Of a stretch of 64,000 bases of DNA, positions 17,360 through 26,741 are shown piece by piece. This DNA is from Gemmatimonas sp. (GTDB lineage: Bacteria; Gemmatimonadota; Gemmatimonadetes; Gemmatimonadales; Gemmatimonadaceae). The notes under the pieces are model-generated. The model was not told the DNA's origin and did no database searches. It saw only the letters and a program-made list of their open reading frames with translations. A program made the translations under genes and the position numbers. Location: assembly GCA_965279375.1 (NCBI GenBank), contig OZ257156.1, forward strand, positions 2,944,001 through 3,008,000. The letters are read 5' to 3'. How positions within the stretch are numbered: the stretch's first letter is position 1; each line of letters opens with the position of its first letter.

Positions 17360-17388
17360 AGCGTAGGGAATGCAGCGGGGGCTGTCAA
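17360..17388 (-). promoter_or_regulatory. Sigma-70-type promoter for tldE-tldD, likely leaderless
   Basis: Minus strand: TTGACA (17388-17383), 17-bp spacer, TACGCT (17365-17360), 8 nt, then ATG 17351. No SD. Confidence 0.7.
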
Positions 17389-17509
17389 GCACGCCGTTGA
17401 GGGCGAACCGGAGACGTCGCAACGGCTCTCCAGAGAATGCGCGCAACGCGCCGATTTCGTTGACAGCTCGGCGCACGAGATTCGACCACGTGCGCGGACG
17501 CAGGCGCGA

Positions 17510-19471
17510 TCAGGCGAGGCCGCGTCGGCGACGCAGCCACCATTCGAGGCTCAACGCCAGTGCGAAGGGGACCAGCCACCATGGCGATCGCATCGGATGC
17601 CACTGTTCGCGCCGTGGCGCGGCCCGCAGCGTGCGCGCCAACTCCCGGCCGAAGGCGTCGACGTCGGACGCTTGCACCACGCGCCCTCCGTGCGCGGCGA
17701 CCCACGCGGCGAGCAGCGTACCGTCGTCGGCGGCAGGGGAGGTTCGGCTCGAATCGACGATGATCGGCAACGAGGCACGCGCATCTCCGGCGGTCACCAC
17801 CAAGTGCGCGGTCCCCGACAACTCCGGCGCACGGATGGTCCCTCGAAACCACCCCGGCGTACCAGTCGGCCACAGTCGAATGCCAATTCGCTGAGTCGTT
17901 TTTCCCTCTGCCACATCGAGCAAAGCGGAGACGGCCGCCTCTGTGGAGATGGGCGAGGTGGGATCCGATACGCTTCGGGCGGCGCTTCGCACGGCCACTG
18001 TGAAATCCAGCAGCTCCCCGGGCGCGATGACATTGCGCGGCAGGGAGACGTCAACCGACGGGAGCGCGGCGGAGGCGGCGCTGGCGACGGCGTTTTGCCA
18101 GAAGGGGTCAAAGACCGAGGTGGTGATATCGCGAAATCGCCACGCGTCGATGGCACCGCCGATGAGCAGCTGTCCTCGACCGACCGTGGTTTGCCAGACG
18201 ACGGGGAGCGAGCGGCGAGTGCTGTTCTGCGCTCCGGACGCTGACGCAGAGCGGTCCGAGGTGGTCTCGATCGTCGTGGAGAGCACGGTGGCGGCGGCTG
18301 GCAGCGACGATGGCCAGGCGATCTGTGTGGCGCGCCACGCGGTAAGGGCCGACCGTCTCGGCTCGCGAGGTGGCTCGCTGGTTCGTGCGGCCGTGGCGGG
18401 CGATCCTGCGGGAGTCGATGCGGCGCCGTGTGCATTGCCGACGCCGAGTGGGATGCCCGTCGCCTCGCTGCGGAACTGCCAGCCGCCAATGCCGGAGAGC
18501 TGTTCGACGGCGCTGGTCGCGCGCTGGTCGAGCAGCAGCACGACGCTGCCACCACGCTGACGCAGGAATGTCTCGAGTCCTCGCACGTCACTCGCGCTCA
18601 GCGCGTCCGGTGCGCCAACCACGATCGCGTCGAATAGGGAGAGAGCGCTCGCGTCGTCGAGACGGAGCGGCGGTGCGCCGGTTGCCGTGCTCAGATTGCG
18701 CGATGTGACGATGCGACTCGTCACCGCAAAGCGCGGGTCGCGCTCGAGCGCGCGGCGCACGAAGGTCGAGCTCCAGGTTGGGCGCGGGTCGAACACCAGA
18801 ACCGTATGGGTTGCGGCTTTCACGTCGATCGCGAGATCTGCGGCGGCGAGCGGCATCTGGCCATTGCTGCTGTTCAACGACCCCTCGATGCGCAGCGGTA
18901 CCAGCGCGGTGTCGGCCGGCACGAAAGCGAGTTCGGTGAGCACCGTCGTGTCGACACTCGAGACAACGATCGACGTGCTGTCTACCACCACGCCCGCAGC
19001 ACGCAGCGTGAGCCTTACCGATGAACCACGCGCTTCGCGCACGCGCAGCACGATGCGCACGGGTACGCGTTCATGCACGGTGGCGCGCGAAGGAGCGTCC
19101 GCTTGCGTGAAGACAACGCGCGCAGCGGTCGTGTCCGGAGAGACGGCATACGTTGGCGAGGTGGCAGCGGCGAGCGCGGGACGCGAGCGATGGGGCCGTC
19201 CGCGACCGACGAGCACTGTAGCATCGGCCGTCTGCAGTGGTCCATCGATCACGCGCAGCCGACGACGCAACGCCTCGGCGACATCTGCCGCCATCGCGCG
19301 ATCGTCGATCGGACTAAGCGGCACCACCGCGACCATCGGCCGCCGCGTGCGCGCGGTAGTGATCGCCGGATCGATCGCGGCGAGCATCGCGATCGTCACC
19401 GCAAGCAGTCGCAGCGCTGCTCGCACCGACGGCTCCCACGAGGCGGCGGAACGCGGCTCGTCAGTCATCAT
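17510..19471 (-). CDS. Membrane-anchored protein of MoxR cluster (Ig-like plus glutamine-amidotransferase-like domains)
   Basis: N-terminal TM, FDAIVVGAPDAL...FLRQRGGSVVLL, VGRGQ...DAWRFR...FWQ, C-terminal TM ending LEWWLRRRRGL, typical of MoxR/vWA cluster proteins. Confidence 0.7.
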   Translation of the reverse strand: MMTDEPRSAASWEPSVRAALRLLAVTIAMLAAIDPAITTARTRRPMVAVVPLSPIDDRAMAADVAEALRRRLRVIDGPLQTADATVLVGRGRPHRSRPALAAATSPTYAVSPDTTAARVVFTQADAPSRATVHERVPVRIVLRVREARGSSVRLTLRAAGVVVDSTSIVVSSVDTTVLTELAFVPADTALVPLRIEGSLNSSNGQMPLAAADLAIDVKAATHTVLVFDPRPTWSSTFVRRALERDPRFAVTSRIVTSRNLSTATGAPPLRLDDASALSLFDAIVVGAPDALSASDVRGLETFLRQRGGSVVLLLDQRATSAVEQLSGIGGWQFRSEATGIPLGVGNAHGAASTPAGSPATAARTSEPPREPRRSALTAWRATQIAWPSSLPAAATVLSTTIETTSDRSASASGAQNSTRRSLPVVWQTTVGRGQLLIGGAIDAWRFRDITTSVFDPFWQNAVASAASAALPSVDVSLPRNVIAPGELLDFTVAVRSAARSVSDPTSPISTEAAVSALLDVAEGKTTQRIGIRLWPTGTPGWFRGTIRAPELSGTAHLVVTAGDARASLPIIVDSSRTSPAADDGTLLAAWVAAHGGRVVQASDVDAFGRELARTLRAAPRREQWHPMRSPWWLVPFALALSLEWWLRRRRGLA

Positions 19472-21765
19472 CGGCGAACACCAGCGCCCGCCGAATCCGC
19501 GCTCGATCGCGCGCGCTGTCTGGCCGTCGGCTTCGCGTCGCCCTTCGCGTCGCGCTTCGCACCGCGACTCGCACGACGTTCGGCCTCGCCAAGCGCCGCA
19601 CGCAGCTCCCGTTCGGCCCCGGGCGTCGCAGGCGCTGCACGCCGCGTCACGGCATTGCGCAAGAGCGCCGAGATGGTTGACGACGCGGCGTCGAGGAGCG
19701 GCCCTACCTCGGCCCCTCTATTGCGCGCCAACGCCGCCGACGCGTCGGAGAGGCGCGCCGCTGCGTCCTGCAGCGCACGGTTGGCCGGGTCGATGCGCAA
19801 CGTCTGCTGAGCCACCTGCGCAAGGCGCGCGGACTGTCTCGCAACGACGTCGTCACCGGCGGACGGCAGCTCGCGAGACGTACCCACCTCGCGCAGCACC
19901 TGCGCCACATCCGCGAGCGCGCGCCGCAACGCGACGCGCGCTGGATCGGCAAGCGGCGTGAGAATTGCGCGCGACGCCGAGCGCGCCTCCGTAAGCGTGC
20001 CCGAGAGGCGACGTGACAGATCGAGCGCCTCACGTTCGCTGAGCGCGCGCAAAATGATTCGTGTACGCGAGAACGCCAGCTCGATCTGCGCCAAAGCCGA
20101 CTTCTCCGCGGCGAGCGCCGGGGCCAAATCCGCCACCGTGAGCAGCGTCTGTGCGCGACTCATCAATCGGATTGCGCGGGCCAACGACACGCGACCTTGA
20201 TTGGCAAGGCGACCAGCAAGAATGTCGTCTTCCGCCTCCGCCTCGGCCACTTCGTTCAGCTCTGTCATGCTCGCGTCGGGCGACGGTGCGTCCTCGAGTT
20301 CGCCGCCCATCATGAACACGAACTCCGAGCGAACCTTGCGCTGTTCCGCAGCTATCTCCTGCGATGCCACGGTTGCGGAGTCGTCCGACATCGACGCGCG
20401 CCGTGCGATCAGTCGCTCCGTCTTGAGGATGACCATCTGCTGCGATACGGCATATCGCTCCTGATCGGGATCGATCGCGAAGCCGGCCGCCGCATCGCTG
20501 CCGGGCGCGATCACCTCCGCGATGCGCGCATCTGATTCCTGGGGCGCAGAGCCCGGGCGGGTATCCTTCGTGATGGCGCGGTAGACGACCATGTCACCGG
20601 GCGTGAGTGCCAGCGTGTCGAGCGGCCAGCGCACGGACGCGCTCCAGTGTCGCGCGTCGCGGCGCACGACCGTGAGTGGCACGTCGCCATCGGTGAACGT
20701 GAATCGCTCGCCCGATCCTGAGACACGCGTGAAGCGCAGTCGCAGCGAGGCCACACCGATGTCGTCTTCTGCCTCGATGCCCACGCTGAGAGTCTGCTTT
20801 CCGTCGCGCAGTCGCACGTCCCCGCTTGGCGTCACGATGCGCACGCGTGGCACTGCGTCCGGGAGCACCGTCACGCCGATCCATCGCGCGGCGCCATCGC
20901 GGCCGTCCCGCAGACGCGGCGCGAGCGAGACGAAGCCGTCCACGTCGACGGTACGATCCACGATGAACAGCCCGGCAGAGGACGGCCCGACGCGGGCGAC
21001 ACCGCTCAATGTCTGTACGTCGAGCGAGTCCGCCGTGGACCGTATGCTGAGCCGAATGGTACTGCCCGCGAGTGCCTCCACGCGCGCCGGATTGCGCAAA
21101 CGCTCGGGAGAACGTGCCGCGTACGCAGGCGCCGTCACGACCAGCGCGATGTCATCGATGGAGGCAGTCGATGCCGGGGCCACGGAAGCGATCGCGCGTT
21201 CGGCCACCCGCAACGGCAGCGTGTCGCGCGCGGCAACCAGCACGAAAGCCAGCGCGACCATCGCCAAATATGTCGCATCGCGCGTACGCGGAAAGAGTCG
21301 TCGAAGGTCCAGACGACGTGCGACGTTCGCGGCATCGTGCGCGACCATCGCCAGCGCGTACGGCGCGACCGCAGCAGCGCCGCGCTCCCCATTCGCGCGC
21401 GCTGTATCAAGCAGCTCGGCGGCGGTGATGAGCACGTTCCGACACTCGGGCGCGCGTGCTTCGATGGCGTAGGCGGCGCGCGTTCTCCGAGCAGCGATGA
21501 ATCCAAGCGCGCCGCCCGCGAGTACGCCGAAGACGCCCGCGATTGCGAGCGCGAACGTCGCGCCACGCGCAGGCACGCCCGCAAGCGCAGCAAGGAGCAT
21601 GATGGCGATGCCAATCGCCGATCCGCGTAGCGCGCCATTAATGGCGACGCGCTGCTCCGCGCGTCGCAGCAGCGTGCGAATAGTCGTCGCATCGCCGGCG
21701 TGCGGCGCGGCAGCTTCGTCGTGAGGAGTACGGCCTGACTGCCGGACGTTTGGAGTCGTCAGCAT
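19468..21765 (-). CDS. DUF4175-like membrane protein with Ig-like domains and C-terminal coiled coil
   Basis: ATG at 21765 overlaps the upstream stop. N-terminal TMs, VTAPAY, PDAVPRVRI, AEDDIGV, LTPGDMVVY, SQQMVILKTERL, helical tail. Confidence 0.7.
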   Translation of the reverse strand: MLTTPNVRQSGRTPHDEAAAPHAGDATTIRTLLRRAEQRVAINGALRGSAIGIAIMLLAALAGVPARGATFALAIAGVFGVLAGGALGFIAARRTRAAYAIEARAPECRNVLITAAELLDTARANGERGAAAVAPYALAMVAHDAANVARRLDLRRLFPRTRDATYLAMVALAFVLVAARDTLPLRVAERAIASVAPASTASIDDIALVVTAPAYAARSPERLRNPARVEALAGSTIRLSIRSTADSLDVQTLSGVARVGPSSAGLFIVDRTVDVDGFVSLAPRLRDGRDGAARWIGVTVLPDAVPRVRIVTPSGDVRLRDGKQTLSVGIEAEDDIGVASLRLRFTRVSGSGERFTFTDGDVPLTVVRRDARHWSASVRWPLDTLALTPGDMVVYRAITKDTRPGSAPQESDARIAEVIAPGSDAAAGFAIDPDQERYAVSQQMVILKTERLIARRASMSDDSATVASQEIAAEQRKVRSEFVFMMGGELEDAPSPDASMTELNEVAEAEAEDDILAGRLANQGRVSLARAIRLMSRAQTLLTVADLAPALAAEKSALAQIELAFSRTRIILRALSEREALDLSRRLSGTLTEARSASRAILTPLADPARVALRRALADVAQVLREVGTSRELPSAGDDVVARQSARLAQVAQQTLRIDPANRALQDAAARLSDASAALARNRGAEVGPLLDAASSTISALLRNAVTRRAAPATPGAERELRAALGEAERRASRGAKRDAKGDAKPTARQRARSSADSAGAGVRR

Positions 21766-23216
21766 CAGCTCGACTCGACCGCGCTGCGGGCGCTGCGCCG
21801 AAGCAGTTGCTCTGCACCGATGAGCACGAGCACGGCAAACCAGAACCATCGCGCGTCCGACGGCCCTTGGTCCGAATCGAGCTGTGCGCTGCTCATGGAC
21901 GCGCGCTCGTCCGTCGCCGGCGGCCGTTCCCACGAAATCAGCACGCTATCCGACAACACACTCGGCTCACGCTCCGCGCGATCGCGGTCTGCTTGTAGCT
22001 CGCGCACGGCAACGGTCAACGCTGCGACCGAGAAGTCTCGGGCGCTGGTCTGCACGAGCAGCAGCAGTCGATGACTTCCGTCGATGATCCCCTCACGCGC
22101 AACAACCACTGCCGCGCCGTGCCGGTCGGTGACCACCGGAATGCCCTTCGTGCTGTCGGTGCTCGTGAGCGGCGAAGCGTTCAGCGCGGCATCGCGCAGG
22201 AGCTCGCTCTCGTGCAACTGCGCAACTGCATGCAGCATCCACGTCGAGCGAACCGCGATGGACGACTGGAGCAACGCGGTACGGTCAGGGGCGTGCGGTG
22301 TTACGATCGTCACGCCCTGCGGATCGTCGGAGGGCACGCGCGCAGAGTCGGCGCGCAAGGCGATGCTATGCCGCGCAGCGTCGAGAGCCAACGCGAGCGC
22401 GGCTCTCTCCTCAGCGCCTCCCACCAGCGTGAGTGCAAGCGTGTCTTCGCGGCGGACGCTCCGTCGCGAGGTCCAACTCGCGCTTGTGCCAGGCGGCAAC
22501 GCGTTCGACGACGATGCGCCAGGCGCGCCGCTGAGCGAAGTCCGTAGGTCGAACGTTGCGTCGCCCAACGTCACAGCGCTCGCTGGTGGGCCGGAGTCGC
22601 GGGCCGCAGCCAGTGCGCCCTCTGGGGTAGCGCCAGCAGCGTCACGTTCGATCGTTGCGCGTCCGCCCCGCGCACGCACGAGCCGCACCCCGATGTCGCG
22701 CGGGACGCGACGCAATTGCTCAGACGAGAGCTCTCCCGACGGAAAGTCGCTGACGATGACGAGTTCCGCACGAGTCGGTTGCTGCCTCAGCCAAGACACG
22801 GCCCCGTCGATCGATCGCTCGAGGGACGAGGTGGCGATGAGCACGTGCACTGCGGCCGAGTCCGCGAGGCGTCGTGCGGCCGCAAGTTTGCGCGCGCCGG
22901 CCGAGGCGTCTTCTGCGCTCGTGTCCACCACGACCGCGCGCGATAGCGTGCTGGCGAATGCGCGTGTGCGTTCCGGTGTAGACCAGAGCGGCTGCGCCAG
23001 CGCGGCGACGGCTACAGCCAGTGTCAGCACGCGCAACGCAAGCAGCAGGAGGTCGCGCAGTCGGGTGCGGCGTGTGGGCAGCAGTCGCGTACGTCGGACG
23101 AAGCGAAGCGATGGAAACGGCACTGTGCGCGCGTCGCCGCGGCCGAGCAGGTGGATGATCACCGGCAACGCCAAGGCTACGAGTCCTGCCCACGCGATCG
23201 GCTGCTGCCAGATCAC
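21765..23216 (-). CDS. BatA-domain membrane protein (degenerate vWA)
   Basis: GTG overlaps the DUF58 stop. BatA signature LALPVIIHLL...VPFPSLRF...LLLALRVL...ALAQP, VVVDTS, LVIVSDF, C-terminal TM. Confidence 0.8.
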   Translation of the reverse strand: MIWQQPIAWAGLVALALPVIIHLLGRGDARTVPFPSLRFVRRTRLLPTRRTRLRDLLLLALRVLTLAVAVAALAQPLWSTPERTRAFASTLSRAVVVDTSAEDASAGARKLAAARRLADSAAVHVLIATSSLERSIDGAVSWLRQQPTRAELVIVSDFPSGELSSEQLRRVPRDIGVRLVRARGGRATIERDAAGATPEGALAAARDSGPPASAVTLGDATFDLRTSLSGAPGASSSNALPPGTSASWTSRRSVRREDTLALTLVGGAEERAALALALDAARHSIALRADSARVPSDDPQGVTIVTPHAPDRTALLQSSIAVRSTWMLHAVAQLHESELLRDAALNASPLTSTDSTKGIPVVTDRHGAAVVVAREGIIDGSHRLLLLVQTSARDFSVAALTVAVRELQADRDRAEREPSVLSDSVLISWERPPATDERASMSSAQLDSDQGPSDARWFWFAVLVLIGAEQLLRRSARSAVESS

Positions 23217-24127
23217 GGCGGTGGCGCCCCGCGCGTGTGACCAGCGGCGCCTCGTCGACCGCGGCGCAGGAGATAGTCGCGCAGCGCGTCTTCTGGAGGC
23301 GTATCCGTCTTGAGCAACGCGTAGTCGATGCCATCTCGCAGCGCATGTACACGGCACCGCGTGAGGAATTCGTTGACGGCGCTGCGGTACGTGTCGGCGA
23401 TCGCTGCGGCATCGATGCGCTCGCGCGCGTCAGACTCGAGGTCCTCGAGCTCAACCTGCCCGCGGAACGGCAACGAGAGTTCGTCGGGAGACAGAATCTG
23501 CAGCATGGCGACGTCATGTCCGCGCTGCACGACACGGCGCAGTTCGCGACGCGTTTCGTCTTCGCCATCGTAGAAATCCGAGATGACGATCACCACGCCA
23601 CGTCGCTGCAGCAGCTGCGATCCCCGCGCGATCGTGCGCGCCGGGTCCCACGCACCGGTCGGCGTGGCGCGGTCGAGTCGCGCCAGCAGCGAACGCAGAT
23701 GCGGACGCCCGCCGCGCGCAGGCAGATACGACAGACTGTCGTGCGTCATCGTCATCATGCCGACGGCATGGCCCTGCTCGGACACGAGATACGCCAGCGC
23801 CGCCGCAACGATCGCCGCGTAGCGCGCTTTGGACAGCCCCATGGCGGGATAGGCCATCGAGGCGCTCGTGTCCAGCACGAGCATGACGGACAGATTGGTC
23901 GTTTCGCGAAACTGTCGCGTGTACAGCCGATCGCTGCGCGCGAACAGCTTCCAGTCGAGATACTTGAGATCATCGCCGGCGCGATACGGACGATGCTGGC
24001 GGAACTCGGTGCTGTAGCCGTGAAACGGACTGCGATGTCCGCCCGTGCGAAGTCCTTCCACCACGAGACGTGCAGCGAGTTCGAGATCGTCGATCGCTGC
24101 GACAACGGCCGGGGACAGCGCGGTCAT
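23213..24127 (-). CDS. DUF58 family (vWA-like) protein
   Basis: GGHRSPFHGYSTEFRQHRPYRAGDDLKYLDWK, MIDAS-like LDTSASM, VISDF. Confidence 0.93.
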   Translation of the reverse strand: MTALSPAVVAAIDDLELAARLVVEGLRTGGHRSPFHGYSTEFRQHRPYRAGDDLKYLDWKLFARSDRLYTRQFRETTNLSVMLVLDTSASMAYPAMGLSKARYAAIVAAALAYLVSEQGHAVGMMTMTHDSLSYLPARGGRPHLRSLLARLDRATPTGAWDPARTIARGSQLLQRRGVVIVISDFYDGEDETRRELRRVVQRGHDVAMLQILSPDELSLPFRGQVELEDLESDARERIDAAAIADTYRSAVNEFLTRCRVHALRDGIDYALLKTDTPPEDALRDYLLRRGRRGAAGHTRGAPPP

Positions 24128-24154
24128 CAGTCCTGCTCGCGGACGCGCATCACC

Positions 24155-25168
24155 TCAGGGCCTCACGACCTCGAGCAGTTTGCCGATCACGGCATCGGGC
24201 GAGATACCGTCTGCTTCCGCCTGAAAGTTCACCAGCACGCGATGACGCAGTACAGGGAGCGCCACACGCGTGACGTCGTCTGGCGCGGGCACCGAGCGAC
24301 CATCGAGGAGCGCGGCCGCCTTTGCACCCAGCAGGAGCGCCTGCCCAGCGCGCGGTCCCACGCCCCAGCGCACCCATTCCTTGATCGGCTTGGGCGCGGT
24401 CGGATCGGCCGGGCGCGTCGCGCGGATGAGGCGCAGCGCATAGTCCACCACGTTGTCTGCCGCTGGCAGATCGCGCACGAGCTTCCGCACCATCTCGAGC
24501 TCTTCGCCCGATGCCACCGGCTTCGCCGCGCGATCACCGCCGCTGGTCGTCTCCGAGAGAATGCGACGTTCGTCCGTGGCATCGGGGTAGTCGATGACCA
24601 CGTTGAACATGAAGCGATCCAACTGGGCCTCGGGGAGCGGATAGGTGCCTTCCTGCTCGATCGGATTCTCCGTGGCCAGCACGAAGAGTGGCCGTTCGAG
24701 CGGATAACGCACGCCACCGACGGTCACCTGATACTCCTGCATCGCTTCCAGCAGCGCGGCCTGCGTGCGCGGTGGCGTGCGATTGATTTCGTCGGCCAGA
24801 ATGATGTTGGCGAACACCGGCCCGGGGATGAACCGCACGTGCCGCTTGCCACCGGTGGCGTCGTCCTCGATGACTTCTGTGCCGAGGATATCCGAGGGCA
24901 TCAGGTCCGGCGTGAACTGGATGCGGCTGAACTTGAGCCGCACCGTGTCCGCGAGGGTCTTGATGAGCAGCGTCTTGGCGAGTCCGGGCACACCTCGCAG
25001 CAGACAGTGTCCGCCGGCAAAGAGGCAGGTCAGAATCTCGCGGCGCACCTGTTGCTGCCCGATGATCACCCGCCCGATCTCCTGATCGAGCGACTTCACC
25101 AACGCCCCAACGGCATCGACGGAGGGCCGTGCGGTACGCGCGGCGTCTGGCTGCGAAGAAGTAGTCAC
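24155..25168 (-). CDS. moxR: MoxR-family AAA+ ATPase
   Basis: Walker A GVPGLAKT, RIQFTPDLMPSD, Walker B ILADEINR, ALLEAMQE, NPIEQEGTYPLPEAQLDRF, LRHR. Start placed at GTG 25168, 8 nt after TACTAT. Confidence 0.95.
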   Translation of the reverse strand: MTTSSQPDAARTARPSVDAVGALVKSLDQEIGRVIIGQQQVRREILTCLFAGGHCLLRGVPGLAKTLLIKTLADTVRLKFSRIQFTPDLMPSDILGTEVIEDDATGGKRHVRFIPGPVFANIILADEINRTPPRTQAALLEAMQEYQVTVGGVRYPLERPLFVLATENPIEQEGTYPLPEAQLDRFMFNVVIDYPDATDERRILSETTSGGDRAAKPVASGEELEMVRKLVRDLPAADNVVDYALRLIRATRPADPTAPKPIKEWVRWGVGPRAGQALLLGAKAAALLDGRSVPAPDDVTRVALPVLRHRVLVNFQAEADGISPDAVIGKLLEVVRP

Positions 25169-25295
25169 GATCGCGGATAGTAGTGCAGGGCGTTCGGGCT
25201 GGCCAGTTCGCACCGATGTCGCAACGACACCACCCGTGCATGACATACGCGACAGAGCAGTCAACCGTTGCCGCGACTACCGGATGAACGCGGCG

Positions 25296-26741
25296 CTAGC
25301 CGGTGCCGTGCAGACGCCGTCGTTCCTGCTCTCGAGCCGAGACGGAGTTCGCGTTGCAGCCGACGATTCGCCCGCGACAACCAGTGCTGCCGCAGCGGCA
25401 GTCGAAGGGAGCGCTCACCTCGGACATCGAGTGTCCGTAGTCGAGGGTCAGCTCTTCGCCCGCGGCAATGGCGCGCAGGGCGACCACATTCAGACCATCA
25501 AAGGCAGTGTTGGGCGAGCACGAGTGATTCTGCGGCGCCCACGCTGACGGATTGGCGTCCCACAGCGCAAACACTTCGTCACTCAGCGGGTAGGCGTACT
25601 GCGCGAACACGTGCCGATCCTCTTCGCTCCAAGTGGACTCGACATGACGCCGCGTGACGATGCGATGCGGTGCCGCTTCGCTCCGGAAGACGACCTCGCC
25701 GCTGGCCAGCGCCTGCGCTGCAAAGATCCCGTACCCGGCGACAGCGCTTCCCTGCATGACATACCGCGGGCGGCGCCGTGCGTGGCGAGCGATCCCCTCG
25801 GCGACAATGCGTCGCGCAAAGCCGCGTTGTCCCATACCGTCGTGAATCAGGATGTAGTCGGCGGAGCCTTCGAAGCCGTTCGCGTAGAAGACCGAGCAGG
25901 TGAAGTTCACTTCGAGAAAATAGAGCTCGCCGTGAGCATCCATGCGGAAATCCATGCGCGCGTAGCCCACTCCGTCAAACGCACGAAAGAGCCGCGTGGC
26001 CAGCGACTGGAGTCGCCCGGCTAGGGCAGCGTCCCGCACCGGCACGTTTGCGCTCGGATGCAACTCGCTTGTCTTGAGCGCATACGTCTTGAAGTGCGAA
26101 CCGGCAGGGAATTCGAACTCGACGGGAGCGAGCGCCCTCGACGCGCCATCCCCATCGGGATCGGCCACCACCAGTACGGTGAACTCGCGCCCATCCACGT
26201 ACTCTTCCACGAGCAACTCCGGGTACTCCGGCAGCAACGTCGCCACCTGCGCCGCGAGTGCGTTCGCGTCATCCACGCGTGAATGTTCGTCCACACCAAG
26301 GCTATCCCCGGCGTGCGACGGTTTGACGAACAGCGGGTAGCGCAGCGTCGGGCCGATCTCCCGCAGGTCGTCGAGCGATTGCACCAGGCGATGCGCCGGC
26401 GTACGCAGTCCTGCTGTGTGGGCGACGTATTTCATCAGCACTTTCGACGGATCGTACAGCGTCGCGCTGGGTCCGGTGTACGGCAGTCCCAACTGGTCCA
26501 GTGCGTGGATCACGTCGATCGAGGGGACATCCCAGTCGAGGTAGCCTTCGCACAAGTTGACGTAAATGTCGAAGCCCATCGGCACCGTCGCCTTGAGCTG
26601 CCGATAGGTGGTCCGCTTGTCGAGGTAGACGTGGTGTACCTCGTCGTCCGGGAAGACGCTCGAGAGATCACGTCTGGGATCGTAGTGCCGATAGTCCACC
26701 GACGACGCCGTGTAGTCGGGCTGCAGCACACACACCTTCAT
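25296..26741 (-). CDS. ATP-grasp (D-Ala-D-Ala-ligase-like) domain fused to SET/post-SET methyltransferase
   Basis: ATP-grasp: PYTGPS, PLFVKP...DSLGV, LVEEYVDGREFTV, GYARMDFR, FLEVN. SET: GYGIFA, NHSCSPN, GEELTLDYG, post-SET CRCGSTGCRG. ATG overlaps the upstream stop (ATGA). Confidence 0.9.
   Translation of the reverse strand: MKVCVLQPDYTASSVDYRHYDPRRDLSSVFPDDEVHHVYLDKRTTYRQLKATVPMGFDIYVNLCEGYLDWDVPSIDVIHALDQLGLPYTGPSATLYDPSKVLMKYVAHTAGLRTPAHRLVQSLDDLREIGPTLRYPLFVKPSHAGDSLGVDEHSRVDDANALAAQVATLLPEYPELLVEEYVDGREFTVLVVADPDGDGASRALAPVEFEFPAGSHFKTYALKTSELHPSANVPVRDAALAGRLQSLATRLFRAFDGVGYARMDFRMDAHGELYFLEVNFTCSVFYANGFEGSADYILIHDGMGQRGFARRIVAEGIARHARRRPRYVMQGSAVAGYGIFAAQALASGEVVFRSEAAPHRIVTRRHVESTWSEEDRHVFAQYAYPLSDEVFALWDANPSAWAPQNHSCSPNTAFDGLNVVALRAIAAGEELTLDYGHSMSEVSAPFDCRCGSTGCRGRIVGCNANSVSAREQERRRLHGTG

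Noticed and set aside
17381..17467. Inverted pair gctgtcaa / ttgacagc as a second, antisense promoter
   Set aside because: The + strand TTGACA at 17460 has no plausible -10 at the correct spacing.
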